Source: Eledone cirrhosa (Eukaryota). Taken from it: 64,000 nucleotides of DNA. The position numbers and the translations under genes were made by a program. The stretch covers positions 58,032,001 to 58,096,000 of the forward strand of contig OZ024742.1 in assembly GCA_964016885.1 (NCBI GenBank), in the 5' to 3' direction. The notes beneath the pieces were generated by a model. That model saw only the letters and a program-made list of their open reading frames with translations, was not told the DNA's origin and ran no database searches. This document shows, one piece after another, positions 16,801 to 33,200 of the stretch (the stretch's first letter is position 1; the number at the start of each line of letters is the position of its first letter).

Positions 16801-19800
16801 TAGTCACACATTGTTGGTACTGGGATGGTGGGATATAGTCACACATTGTTGGTACTGGAATGGTGGGATATAGTCACATTGTTGGTACTGGGATGGTGGG
16901 ATATAGTCGCACATTGTGGGTATTGGTATGGTGGGATATAGTCACACATTGTTGGTACTGAGATGGTGGGATATAGTCACACATTGTTGGTACTGGAATG
17001 GTGGGATATAGTCACATTGTTGGTACTGGGATGGTGGGATATAGTCACACATTGTTGGTATTGGTATGGTGGGATATAATCACACATTGTTGGTACTGGG
17101 ATGGTGGGATATAGTCACACATTTTTGGTACTGGGATGGTGGGATATAGTCACACATTGTTGGTATTGGTATGGTGGGATATAGTCACACATTGTTGGTA
17201 TTGGTATGGTGGGATATAGTCACACATTGTTGGTACTGGAATGGTGGGATATAGTCACACATTGTTGGTACTGGGATGGTGGGATATAGTCACACATTGT
17301 TGGTACTGGTATGGTGGGATATAGTCACACATTGTTGGTATTGGAATGGTGGGATATAGTCACACATTGTTGGTACTGGAATGGTGGGATATAGTCACAC
17401 ATTGTTGGTATTGGAATGGTGGGATATAGTCACACATTGTTGGTATTGGAATGGTGGGATATAGTCACATTGTTGGTACTGAGATGGTGGGATATAGTCA
17501 CACATTGTTGGTACTGGAATGGTGGGATATAGTCACACATTGTTGGTACTGGTATGGTGGAATATAGTCACACATTGTTGGTATTGGAATGGTGGGATAT
17601 AGTCACACATTGTTGGTACTGGAATGGTGGGATATAGTCACACATTGTTGGTACTGGAATGGTGGGATATAGTCACACATTGTTGGTATTGGAATGGTGG
17701 GATATAGTCACACATTGTTGGTACTGGTATGGTGGGATATAGTCACACATTGTTGGTATTCAAATGGTGGGATATAGTCACACATTGTTGGTACTGGAAT
17801 GGTGGGATATAGTCACACATTGTTGGTACTGGGATGGTGGGATATAGTCACACATTGTTGGTACTGAGATGGTGGGATATTGTCACACATTGTTGGTACT
17901 GAGATGGTGGGATATAGTCACACATTGTTGGTATTGGGATGGTGGGATATAGTCACACATTGTTGGTACTGAGATGGTGGGATATAGTCACACATTGTTG
18001 GTACTGAGATGATGGGATATAGTCACACATCGTTGGTATTGGGATGGTGGGATATAGTCACATTGTTGGTACTGGGATGGTGGGATATAGTCACACATTG
18101 TTGGTACTGAGATGGTGGGATATAGTGACACATTGTTGGTACTGAGATGGTGGGATATAGTCACACATTGTTGGTATTGGAATGTTGGGATATAGTCACA
18201 CATTGTTGGTACTGGGATGGTAGGATATAGTCACACATTGTTGGTACTGGAATGGTGGGATATAGTCACACATTGTTGGTACTGGGATGGTGGCATATAG
18301 TCACACATTGTTGGTATTGGGATGGTGGGATATAGTCACACATTGTTGGTACTGGAATGGTGGGATATAGTCACACATTGTTGGTACTGAGATGGTGGGA
18401 TATAGTCACACATTGTTGGTACTGAGATGGTGGGATAAAGTCACACATTGTTGGTATTGGGATGGTGGGAGATAGTCACACATTGTTGGTACTGAGATGG
18501 TGGGATATAGTCACACATTGTTGGTACTGGTATGGTGGGATATAGTCACGTTGTTGGTATTGGGATGGTGGGATATAGTCACACATTGTTGGTACTGGAA
18601 TGGTGGGATATAGTCACACATTGTTGGTACTGGAATGGTGGGATATAGTCACACATTGTTGGTACTGGAATGGTGGGATATAGTCACACATTGTTGGTAC
18701 TGGAATGGTGGGATATAGTCACACATAGTTGGTACTGGAATGGTGGGATATAGTCACACATTGTTGGTATTGGAATGGTGGGATATAGTCACATATTGTT
18801 GGTATTGGAATGGTGGGATATAGTCACACATTGTTGGTACTGGTATGGTGGGATATAGTCACACATTGTTGGTACTGGTATGGTGGGATATAGTCACACA
18901 TCGTTGGTACTGGAATGGTGGGATATTGTCACACATTGTTGGTACTGGGATGGTAGGATATAGTCACACATTGTTGGTACTGGGATGGTGGGATATAGTC
19001 ACACATTGTTGGTACTGGAATGGTGGGATATAGTCACACATTGTTGGTACTGGAATGGTGGGATATAGTCACACTTTGTTGGTATTGGGATGGTGGGATA
19101 TAGTCACACATTGTTGGTACTGGTATGGTGGGATATAGTCACACATAGTTGGTACTGGAATGGTGGGATATAGTCACACATTGTTGGTACTGGAATGGTG
19201 GGATATAGTCACACATTGTTGGTACTGGAATGGTGGGATATAGTCACACATTGTTGGTACTGGAATGGTGGGATATAGTCACACATTGTTGGTACTGAGA
19301 TGGTGGGATATAGTCACACATTGTTGGTACTGGTATGGTGGGATATAGTCACACATTGTTGGTACTGGTATGGTGGGATATAGTCACACATTGTTGGTAC
19401 TGGTATGGTGGGATATAGTCACACATTGTTGGTACTGGTATGGTGGGATATAGTCACACCTTGTTGGTACTGGTATGGTGGGATATAGTCACACATTGTT
19501 GGTACTGAGATGGTGGGATATAGTCACACATTGTTGCTATTGGGATATAGTCACATATTGTTGGTACTGAGATGGTGGGATATAGTCACACATTGTTGGT
19601 ACTGAGATGGTGGGATATAGTCACACATTGTTGGTATTGGAATGGTGGGATATAGTCACACACTGTTGGTACTGAGATGGTGGGATATAGTCACACATAG
19701 TTGGTACTGAGATGGTGGGATATAGTCACACATTGTTGGTACTGGAATGGTGGTATATAGTCACACATAGTTGGTACTGGGATGGTGGGATATAGTCACA

Positions 19801-22800
19801 CGTTGTTGGTACTGGTATGGTGGGATATAGTCACACATTGTTGGTTCTGGGATGGTGGGATATAGTCACACATTGTTGGTTCTGGGATGGTGGGATATAG
19901 TCACACATTGTTGGTACTGGTATGGTGGGATATAGTCACACATAGTTGGTACTGGAATGGTGGGATATAGTCACACATTGTTGGTTCTGGGATGGTGGGA
20001 TATAGTCACACATTGTTGGTACTTGAATGGTGGGATATAGTCACACATAGTTGGTATTGGGATGGTGGGATATAGTCACACATAGTTGGTACTGGGATGG
20101 TGGGATATAGTCACACATTGTTGGTACTGGAATGGTGGGATATAGTCACACATTGTTGGTACTGGAATGGTGGGATATAGTCACACATTGTTGGTTCTGG
20201 GATGGTGGGATATAGTCACACATTGTTGGTACTGGAATGGTGGGATATAGTCACACATTGTTGGTACTGGTATGGTGGTATATAGTCACACATTGTTGGT
20301 ACTGGGATGGTGGGATATAGTCACACATTGTTGGTACTGGAATGGTGGTATATAGTCACATTGTTGGTACTGGGATGGTGGGATATAGTCACATTGTTGG
20401 TACTGGGATGGTGGGATATAGTCACACATTGTTGGTACTGGAATGGTGGGATATAGTCACATTGTTGGTACTGGGATGGTGGGATATAGTCACACATTGT
20501 TGGTACTGGGATGGTGGGATATAGTCACACATTGTTGGTTCTGGGATGGTGGGATATAGTCACATATTGTTGGTATTGGGATGGTGGGATATAGTCACAC
20601 ATTGTTGGTACTGGTATGGTGTGATATAGTCACACATTGTTGGTATTGGGATGGTGGGATATAGTCACACATTGTTGGTACTTGAATGGTGGGATATAGT
20701 CACACATAGTTGGTACTGGGATGGTGGGATATAGTCACACATTGTTGGTACTGGTATGGTGGGATATAGTCACACATTGTTGGTACTGGAATGGTGGGAT
20801 ATAGTCACACATTGTTGGTATTGGAATGGTGGGATATAGTCACACATAGTTGGTACTGGGATGGTGGGATATAGTCACACATTGTTGGTACTGGAATGGT
20901 GGGATATAGTCACATATTGTTGGTACTGAGATGGTGGGATATAGTCACACATAGTTGGTACTGGGATGGTGGGATATAGTCACATATTGTTGGTACTGGG
21001 ATGGTGGGATATAGTCACACATTGTTGGTACTGGAATGGTGGGATATAGTCACATATTGTTGGTACTGAGATGGTGGGATATAGTCACACATAGTTGGTA
21101 CTGGGATGGTGGGATATAGTCACATATTGTTGGTACTGGAATGGTGGGATATAGTCACACATTGTTGGTATTGGAATGGTGGGATATAGTCACACATTGT
21201 TGGTACTGGAATGGTGGGATATAGTCACACATTGTTGGTATTGGAATGGTGGGATATAGTCACACATTGTTGGTACTGGGATGGTGGGATATAGTCACAC
21301 ATAGTTGGTACTGGTATGGTGGGATATAGTCACACATTGTTGGTATTGGAATGGTGGGATATAGTCACATATTGTTGGTACTGGGATGGTGGGATATAGT
21401 CACACATTGTTGGTACTGGAATGGTGGGATATAGTCACATATTGTTGGTACTGGGATGGTGGGATATAGTCACACATTGTTGGTATTGGAATGGTGGGAT
21501 ATAGTCACATATTGTTGGTACTGGGATGGTGGGATATAGTCACACATTGTTGGTACTGGGATGGTGGGATATAGTCACACATTGTTGGTATTGGAATGGT
21601 GGGATATAGTCACATATTGTTGGTACTGGGATGGTGGGATATAGTCACACATTGTTGGTACTGGAATGGTGGGATATAGTCACATATTGTTGGTACTGGG
21701 ATGGTGGGATATAGTCACACATTGTTGGTACTGGAATGGTGGGATATAGTCACATATTGTTGGTACTGAGATGGTGGGATATAGTCACACATAGTTGGTA
21801 CTGGTATGGTGGGATATAGTCACACATTGTTGGTATTGGTATGGTGGGATATAGTCACATATTGTTGGTACTGGGATGGTGGGATATAGTCACACATTGT
21901 TGGTACTGGAATGGTGGGATATAGTCACATATTGTTGGTACTGAGATGGTGGGATATAGTCACACATTGTTGGTACTGGGATGGTGGGATATAGTCACAC
22001 ATTGTTGGTACTGGGATGGTGGGATATAGTCACACATTGTTGGTACTGGGATGGTGGGATATAGTCACACATTGTTGGTACTGGGATGGTGGTATATAGT
22101 CACACATTGTTGGTACTGGAATGGTGGGATATAGTCACACATTGTTGGTACTGGGATGGTGGGATATAGTCACACATTGTTGGTACTGGAATGGTGGGAT
22201 ATAGTCACACATTGTTGGTACTGGAATGGTGGGATATAGTCACATTGTTGGTACTGGGATGGTGGGATATAGTCACACATTGGTGGTATTGGTATGGTGG
22301 GATATAGTCACACATTGTTGGTGCTGGAATGGTGGGATATAGTCACACATTGTTGGTACTGAGATGGTGGGATATAGTCACACATTGTTGGTATTGGTAT
22401 GGTGGGATATAGTCACACATTGTTGGTATTGGTATGGTGGGATATAGTCACATATTGTTGGTACTGGGATGGTGGGATATAGTCACATATTGTTGGTATT
22501 GGTATGGTGGGATATAGTCACACATTGTTGGTATTGGAATGGTGGGATATAGTCACACATCGTTGGTACTGGAATGGTGGGATATAGTCACACATTGTTG
22601 GTACTGGGATGGTGGGATATAGTCACACATTGTTGGTACTGGTATGGTGGGATATAGTCACACATTGTTGGTACTGAGATGGTGGGATATAGTCACACAT
22701 TGTTGGTACTGGGATGGTAGGATATAGTCACACATTGTTGGTACTGGGATGGTGGGATATAGTCACACATTGTTGGTACTGGGATGGTAGGATATAGTCA

Positions 22801-25800
22801 CACATTGTTGGTACTGGGATGGTGGGATATAGTCACACATTGTTGGTATTGGTATGGTGGGATATAGTCACACATTGTTGGTATTGGTATGGTGGGATAT
22901 AGTCACACATTGTTGGTATTGGTATGGTGGGATATAGTCACACATTGTTGGTATTGGGATGGTGGGATATAGTCACACATTGTTGGTATTGGTATGGTGG
23001 GATATAGTCACACATTGTTGGTACTGGTATGGTGGGATATAGTCACACATTGTTGGTACTGGGATGGTAGGATATAGTCACACATTGTTGGTATTGGTAT
23101 GGTGGAATATAGTCACACATTGTTGGTACTGGGATGGTAGGATATAGTCACACATTGTTGGTACTGAGATGGTGGGATATAGTCACACATTGTTGGTACT
23201 GGGATGGTAGGATATAGTCACACATTGTTGGTACTGAGATGGTGGGATATAGTCACACATTGTTGGTACTGAGATGGTGGGATATAGTCACACATTGTTG
23301 GTACTGGGATGGTAGGATATAGTCACACATTGTTGGTATTGGGATGGTGGGATATAGTCACACATTGTTGGTATTGGTATCGTGGGATATAGTCACACAT
23401 TGTTGGTACTGGGATGGTAGGATATAGTCACACATTGTTGGTATTGGTATGGTGGGATATAGTCACACATTGTTGGTATTGGTATGTTGGGATATAGTCA
23501 CACATTGTTGGTACTGGGATGGTAGGATATAGTCACACATTGTTGGTACTGGGATGGTAGGATATAGTCACACATTGTGGTACTGAGATGGTGGGATATA
23601 GTCACACATTGTTTGTACTGGGATGGTGGGATATAGTCACACATTGTTGGTACTGGTATGGTGGGATATAGTCACACATTGTTGGTACTGGGATGGTGGC
23701 ATATAGTCACACATTGTTGGTACTGGGATGGTAGGATATAGTCACACATTGTTGGTACTGGGATGGTAGGATATAGTCACACGTTGTTGGTACTGGGATG
23801 GTAGGATATAGTCACACATTGTTGGTACTGAGATGGTGGGATATAGTCACACATTGTTTGTACTGGGATGGTGGGATATAGTCACACATTGTTGGTACTG
23901 AGATGGTGGGATATAGTCACACATTGTTGGTACTGAGATGGTGGGATATAGTCACACATTGTTGGTACTGGGATGGTGGGATATAGTTACACATTGTTGG
24001 TACTGGGATGGTGGGATATAGTCACACATTGTTGGTACTGGAATGGTGGGATATAGTCACACATTGTTGGTACTGGGATGGTAGGATATAGTCAGCAATT
24101 GTTGGTATTGGTATGGTGGGATATAGTCACACATTGTTGGTACTGGGATGGTGGGATATAGTCACACATTGTTGGTACTGGAATGGTGGGATATAGTCAC
24201 ACATTGTTGGTACTGGGATGGTAGGATATAGTCACGTGTTGTTGGTACTGGGATGGTAGGATATAGTCACACATTGTTGGTACTGGGATGGTGGGATATA
24301 GTCACACATTGTTGGTACTGAGATGGTGGGATATAGTCACACATTGTTGGTACTGGGTTGGTAGGATATAGTCACGCATTGTTGGTATTGAGATGGTGGG
24401 ATATAGTCACACATTGTTGGTATTGGTATGGTGGGATATAGTCACACATTGTTGGTACTGGTATGGTGGGATATAGTCACACATTGTTGGTACTGGGATG
24501 GTAGGATATAGTCAGCAATTGTTGGTATTGGTATGGTGGGATATAGTCACACATTGTTGGTATTGGTATGGTGGGATATAGTCACACATTGTTGGTACTG
24601 GTATGGTGGGATATAGTCACACATTGTTGGTACTGGTATGGTGGGATATAGTCACACATTGTTGGTACTGGGATGGTAGGATATAGTCACACGTTGTTGG
24701 TACTGGGATGGTGGGATATAGTCACACATTGTTGGTACTGGAATGGTGGGATATAGTCACATATTGTTGGTACTGGAATGGTGGGATATAGTCACACATT
24801 GTTGGTACTGGGATGGTGGGATATAGTCACACATTGTTGGTATTGGAATGGTGGGATATAGTCACACATTGTTGGTATTGGAATGGTGGGATATAGTCAC
24901 ACATTGTTGGTACTGGTATGGTGGGATATAGTCACACATTGTTGGTACTGAGATGGTGGGATATAGTCACACATTGTTGGTATTGGTATGGTGGGATATA
25001 GTCACACATTGTTGGTATTGGTATGTTGGGATATAGTCACACATTGTTGGTACTGGTATGGTGGGATATAGTCACACATTGTTGGTTCTGGGATGGTGGG
25101 ATATAGTCACACATTGTTGGTTCTGGGATGGTGGGATATAGTCACACATTGTTGGTACTGGTATGGTGGCATATAGTCACACATTGTTGGTACTGAGATG
25201 GTGGGATATAGTCACACATTGTTGGTACTGGGATGGTGGGATATAGTCACACATTGTTGGTACTGGGATGGTGGGATATAGTCACACATTGTTGGTACTG
25301 GAATGGTGGGATATAGTCACACATAGTTGCTACTGGAATGGTGGGATATAGTCACACATAGTTGGTACTGGGATGGTGGGATATAGTCACACATTGTTGG
25401 TACTGGAATGGTGGGATATAGTCATACATTGTTGGTACTGGAATGGTGGGATATAGTCACACATTGTTGGTACTGGGATGGTGGGATATAGTCACACATT
25501 GTTGGTACTGGAATGGTGGGATATAGTCACACATAGTTGCTACTGGAATGGTGGGATATAGTCACACATAGTTGGTACTGGGATGGTGGGATATAGTCAC
25601 ACATTGTTGGTACTGGAATGGTGGGATATAGTCACACATTGTTGGTACTGGAATGGTGGGATATAGTCACACATTGTTGGTTCTGGGATGGTGGGATATA
25701 GTCACATATTTTTGGTATTGGGATGGTGGGATATAGTCACACATTGTTGGTACTGGTATGGTGGGATATAGTCACACATTGTTGGTATTGGAATGGTGGG

Positions 25801-28340
25801 ATATATTCACATATTGTTGGTATTGGGATGGTGGGATATAGTCACACATTGTTGGTACTTGAATGGTGGGATATAGTCACACATAGTTGGTACTGGGATG
25901 GTGGGATATAGTCACACATTGTTGGTACTGGTATGGTGGGATATAGTCACACATTGTTGGTACTGGAATGGTGGGATATAGTCACACATTGTTGGTATTG
26001 GAATGGTGGGATATAGTCACACATAGTTGGTACTGGGATGGTGGGATATAGTCACACATTGTTGGTACTGGAATGGTGGGATATAGTCACACATTGTTGG
26101 TATTGGAATGGTGGGATATAGTCACACATTGTTGGTACTGAGATGGTGGGATATAGTCACACATTGTTGGTATTGGTATGGTGGGATATAGTCACACATA
26201 GTTGGTACTGAGATGGTGGGATATAGTCACACATAGTTGGTACTGAGATGGTGGGATATAGTCACACATTGTTGGTACTGGGATGGTGGGATATAGTCAC
26301 ACATTGCTGGTACTGGAATGGTGGGATATAGTCACATATTGTTGGTACTGGAATGGTGGGATATAGTAACATATTGTTGGTACTGGAATGGTGGGATATA
26401 GTAACATATTGTTGGTACTGGGATGGTGGGATATAGTCACACATTGTTGGTACTGAGATGGTGGGATATAGTCACACATTGTTGGTATTGGTATGGTGGG
26501 ATATAGTCACACATTGTTGGTACTGAGATGGTGGGATATAGTCACACATTGTTGGTACTGGAATGGTGGGATATAGTCACATTGTTGTTACTGGGATGAT
26601 GGGATATAGTCACACATTGTTGGTACTGGAATGGTGGGATATAGTCACATTGTTGGTACTGGGATGGTGGGATATAGTCACACATTGTTGGTATTGGTAT
26701 GGTGGGATATAGTCACACATTGTTGGTACTGGAATGGTGGGATATAGTCACACATTGTTGGTATTGGTATGGTGGGATATAGTCACACATTGTTGGTACT
26801 GAGATGGTGGGATATAGTCACACATTGTTGGTACTGGAATGGTGGGATATAGTCACATTGTTGGTACTGGGATGGTGGGATATAGTCACACATTGTTGGT
26901 ATTGGTATGGTGGGATATAATCACACATTGTTGGTACTGGGATGGTGGGATATAGTCACACATTTTTGGTACTGGGATGGTGGGATATAGTCACACATTG
27001 TTGGTATTGGTATGGTGGGATATAGTCACACATTGTTGGTATTGGTATGGTGGGATATAGTCACACATTGTTGGTACTGGAATGGTGGGATATAGTCACA
27101 CATTGTTGGTACTGGGATGGTGGGATATAGTCACACATTGTTGGTACTGGTATGGTGGGATATAGTCACACATTGTTGGTATTGGAATGGTGGGATATAG
27201 TCACACATTGTTGGTACTGGAATGGTGGGATATAGTCACACATTGTTGGTATTGGAATGGTGGGATATAGTCACACATTGTTGGTATTGGAATGGTGGGA
27301 TATAGTCACATTGTTGGTACTGAGATGGTGGGATATAGTCACACATTGTTGGTACTGGAATGGTGGGATATAGTCACACATTGTTGGTACTGGTATGGTG
27401 GAATATAGTCACACATTGTTGGTATTGGAATGGTGGGATATAGTCACACATTGTTGGTACTGGAATGGTGGGATATAGTCACACATTGTTGGTACTGGAA
27501 TGGTGGGATATAGTCACACATTGTTGGTATTGGAATGGTGGGATATAGTCACACATTGTTGGTACTGGTATGGTGGGATATAGTCACACATTGTTGGTAT
27601 TCAAATGGTGGGATATAGTCACACATTGTTGGTACTGGAATGGTGGGATATAGTCACACATTGTTGGTACTGAGATGGTGGGATATAGTCACACATTGTT
27701 GGTATTGGGATGGTGGGATATAGTCACACATTGTTGGTACTGAGATGGTGGGATATAGTCACACATTGTTGGTACTGAGATGATGGGATATAGTCACACA
27801 TCGTTGGTATTGGGATGGTGGGATATAGTCACATTGTTGGTACTGGGATGGTGGGATATAGTCACACATTGTTGGTACTGAGATGGTGGGATATAGTCAC
27901 ACATTGTTGGTACTGAGATGGTGGGATATAGTCACACATTGTTGGTATTGGAATGTTGGGATATAGTCACACATTGTTGGTACTGGGATGGTAGGATATA
28001 GTCACACATTGTTGGTACTGGAATGGTGGGATATAGTCACACATTGTTGGTACTGGGATGGTGGCATATAGTCACACATTGTTGGTATTGGGATGGTGGG
28101 ATATAGTCACACATTGTTGGTACTGGAATGGTGGGATATAGTCACACATTGTTGGTACTGAGATGGTGGGATATAGTCACACATTGTTGGTACTGAGATG
28201 GTGGGATAAAGTCACACATTGTTGGTATTGGGATGGTGGGATATAGTCACACATTGTTGGTACTGAGATGGTGGGATATAGTCACACATTGTTGGTACTG
28301 GTATGGTGGGATATAGTCACGTTGTTGGTATTGGGATGGT
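7850..28340. repeat. ~10-11 kb higher-order tandem duplication within the satellite
   Basis: Deletion marker TTGCTATTGGGATAT at 8661 and 19534 (offset 10873, same as identical ORFs 7972/18845). GTCAGCAATT at 13041/13601 vs 24091/24511, TTCAAAT at 17759 vs 27600, GTCACGTTGTTGG at ~18545 vs ~28316. Boundaries approximate. Confidence 0.9.
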
Positions 28341-30299
28341 GGGATATAGTCACACAATGTTGGTATTGGGATGGTGGGATATAGTCACACATTGTTGGTA
28401 CTGGAATGGTGGGATATAGTCACACATTGTTGGTATTGGAATGGTGGGATATAGTCACACATTGTTGGTACTGAGATGGTGGGATATAGTCACACATTGT
28501 TGGTACTGGGATGGTGGGATATAGTCACACATTGTTGGTACTGAGATGGTGGGATATAGTCACACATTGTTGGTACTGGGATGGTGGGATATAGTCACAC
28601 ATTGTTGGTACTGGGATGGTGGGATATAGTCACACATTGTTGGTACTGGAATGGTGGGATATAGTCACACATTGTTGGTACTGGGATGGTGGGATATAGT
28701 CACACATTGTTGGTACTGGAATGGTGGGATATAGTCACACATTGTTGGTACTGGGATGGTGGGATATAGTCACACATTGTTGGTACTGGTATGGTGGGAT
28801 ATAGTCACACATTGTTGGTACTGGAATGGTGGGATATAGTCACACATTGTTGGTTCTGGGATGGTGGGATATAGTCACATATTTTTGGTACTGGGATGGT
28901 GGGATATAGTCACACATTGTTGGTACTGGTATGGTGGGATATAGTCACACATTGTTGGTATTGGAATGGTGGGATATATTCACATATTGTTGGTATTGGG
29001 ATGGTGGGATATAGTCACACATTGTTGGTACTTGAATGGTGGGATATAGTCACACATAGTTGGTACTGAGATGGTGGGATATAGTCACACATTGTTGGTA
29101 CTGAGATGGTGGGATATAGTCACACATTGTTGGTACTGGGATGGTGGGATATAGTCATACATTGTTGGTACTGGGATGGTGGAATATAGTCACACATTGT
29201 TGGTACTGAGATGGTGGGATATAGTCACACATTGTTGGTATTGGTATGGTGGGATATAGTCACACATTGTTGGTACTGAGATGGTGGGATATAGTCACAC
29301 ATTGTTGGTACTGGAATGGTGGGATATAGTCACATTGTTGGTACTGGGATGATGGGATATAGTCACACATTGTTGGTACTGGAATGGTGGGATATAGTCA
29401 CATTGTTGGTACTGGGATGGTGGGATATAGTCACACATTGTTGGTATTGGTATGGTGGGATATAGTCACACATTGTTGGTACTGGGATGGTGGGATATAG
29501 TCACACATTGTTGGTACTGGAATGGTGGGATATAGTCACATTGTTGGTACTGGGATGGTGGGATATAGTCGCACATTGTGGGTATTGGTATGGTGGGATA
29601 TAGTCACACATTGTTGGTACTGAGATGGTGGGATATAGTCACACATTGTTGGTACTGGAATGGTGGGATATAGTCACATTGTTGGTACTGGGATGGTGGG
29701 ATATAGTCACACATTGTTGGTATTGGTATGGTGGGATATAATCACACATTGTTGGTACTGGGATGGTGGGATATAGTCACACATTTTTGGTACTGGGATG
29801 GTGGGATATAGTCACACATTGTTGGTATTGGTATGGTGGGATATAGTCACACATTGTTGGTATTGGTATGGTGGGATATAGTCACACATTGTTGGTACTG
29901 GAATGGTGGGATATAGTCACACATTGTTGGTACTGGGATGGTGGGATATAGTCACACATTGTTGGTACTGGTATGGTGGGATATAGTCACACATTGTTGG
30001 TATTGGAATGGTGGGATATAGTCACACATTGTTGGTACTGGAATGGTGGGATATAGTCACACATTGTTGGTATTGGAATGGTGGGATATAGTCACACATT
30101 GTTGGTATTGGAATGGTGGGATATAGTCACATTGTTGGTACTGAGATGGTGGGATATAGTCACACATTGTTGGTACTGGAATGGTGGGATATAGTCACAC
30201 ATTGTTGGTACTGGTATGGTGGTATATAGTCACACATTGTTGGTATTGGAATGGTGGGATATAGTCACACATTGTTGGTACTGGAATGGTGGGATATAG

Positions 30300-33200
30300 T
30301 CACACATTGTTGGTATTGGAATGGTGGGATATAGTCACACATTGTTGGTATTGGAATGGTGGGATATAGTCACACATTGTTGGTACTGGTATGGTGGGAT
30401 ATAGTCACACATTGTTGGTATTCAAATGGTGGGATATAGTCACACATTGTTGGTACTGGAATGGTGGGATATAGTCACACATTGTTGGTACTGGGATGGT
30501 GGGATATAGTCACACATTGTTGGTACTGAGATGGTGGGATATTGTCACACATTGTTGGTACTGAGATGGTGGGATATAGTCACACATTGTTGGTATTGGG
30601 ATGGTGGGATATAGTCACACATTGTTGGTACTGAGATGGTGGGATATAGTCACACATTGTTGGTACTGAGATGATGGGATATAGTCACACATTGTTGGTA
30701 TTGGGATGGTGGGATATAGTCACATTGTTGGTACTGGGATGGTGGGATATAGTCACACATTGTTGGTACTGAGATGGTGGGATATAGTCACACATTGTTG
30801 GTACTGAGATGGTGGGATATAGTCACACATTGTTGGTATTGGAATGTTGGGATATAGTCACACATTGTTGGTACTGGGATGGTAGGATATAGTCACACAT
30901 TGTTGGTACTGGAATGGTGGGATATAGTCACACATTGTTGGTACTGGGATGGTGGCATATAGTCACACATTGTTGGTATTGGGATGGTGGGATATAGTCA
31001 CACATTGTTGGTACTGGAATGGTGGGATATAGTCACACATTGTTGGTACTGAGATGGTGGGATATAGTCACACATTGTTGGTACTGAGATGGTGGGATAA
31101 AGTCACACATTGTTGGTATTGGGATGGTGGGATATAGTCACACATTGTTGGTACTGAGATGGTGGGATATAGTCACACATTGTTGGTACTGGAATGGTGG
31201 GATATAGTCACACATTGTTGGTACTGGGATGGTGGGATATAGTCACACATTGTTGGTACTGGGATGGTGGGATATAGTCACACATTGTTGGTACTGGAAT
31301 GGTGGGATATAGTCACACATTGTTGGTACTGGGATGGTGGGATATAGTCACACATTGTTGGTACTGAGATGGTGGGATATAGTCACACATTGTTGGTACT
31401 GGAATGGTGGGATATAGTCACACATTGTTGGTATTGGAATGGTGGGATATAGTCACACATTGTTGGTACTGGTATGGTGGGATATAGTCACACATTGTTG
31501 GTACTGGAATGGTGGGATATAGTCACACATTGTTGGTACTGGTATGGTGGGATATAGTCACACATTGTTGGTACTGGTATGGTGGGATATAGTCACACAT
31601 TGTTGGTACTGGGATGGTAGGATATAGTCACACATTGTTGGTACTGGGATGGTGGGATATAGTCACACATTGTTGGTACTGGAATGGTGGGATATAGTCA
31701 CACATTGTTGGTACTGGGATGGTGGGATATAGTCACACATTGTTGGTACTGGTATGATGGGATATAGTCACACATTGTTGGTACTGGGATGGTAGGATAT
31801 AGTCACACATTGTTGGTACTGGGATGGTGGGATATAGTCACACTTTGTTGGTATTGGGATGGTGGGATATAGTCACACATTGTTGGTACTGAGATGGTGG
31901 GATATAGTCACACATTGTTGGTACTGGGATGGTGGGATATAGTCACACATTGTTGGTACTGGGATGGTGGGATATAGTCACACATTGTTGGTACTGGGAT
32001 GGTGGGATATAGTCACACATTGTTGGTACTGGGATGGTGGGATATAGTCACACATTGTTGGTACTGAGATGGTGGGATATAGTCACACATTGTTGGTACT
32101 GGGATGGTGGGATATAGTCACACATTGTTGGTACTGGGATGGTGGGATATAGTCACACATTGTTGGTACTGAGATGGTGGGATATAGTCGCACATTGTTG
32201 GTACTGGGATGGTGGGATATAGTCACACATTGTTGGTACTGGGATGGTGGGATATAGTCACACATTGCTGGTACTGGGATGGTGGGATATAGTCACACAT
32301 TGTTGGTACTGAGATGGTGGGATATAGTCGCACATTGTTGGTACTGGGATGGTGGGATATAGTCACACATTGTTGGTACTGGGATGGTGGGATATAGTCA
32401 CACATTGCTGGTACTGGGATGGTGGGATATAGTCACACATTGTTGGTACTGAGATGGTGGGATATAGTCGCACATTGTTGGTACTGGGATGGTGGGATAT
32501 AGTCACACATTGTTGGTACTGGGATGGTGGGATATAGTCACACATTGCTGGTACTGGGATGGTGGGATATAGTCACACATTGTTGGTACTGAGATGGTGG
32601 GATATAGTCACACATTGTTGGTACTGGTATGGTGGGATATAGTCACACATTGTTTGTTCTGAGATGGTGGGATATAGTCACACATTGTTGGTACTGAGAT
32701 GGTGGGATATAGTCACACATTGTTTGTTCTGAGATGGTGGGATATAGTCACACATTGTTGGTACTGAGATGGTGGGATATAGTCACACATTGTTGGTACT
32801 GGGATGGTGGGATATAGACACACATTGTTGGTACTGGGATGGTGGGATATAGTCACACATTGTTGGTACTGGAATGGTGGGATATAGTCACACATTGTTG
32901 GTACTGGAATGGTGGTATATAGTCACACATTGTTGGTACTGGGATGGTGGGATATAGTCACACATTGTTGGTACTGGAATGGTGGGATATAGTCACACAT
33001 TGTTGGTACTGGTATGGTGGTATATAGTCACACATTGTTGGTATTGAGATGGTGGGATATAGTCACACATTGTTGGTACAGGAATGGTGGGATATAGTCA
33101 CACATTGTTGGTACTGGTATGGTGGGATATAGTCACACATTGTTTGTACTGAGATGGTGGGATATAGTCACACATTGTTGGTACTGGGATGGTGGGATAT

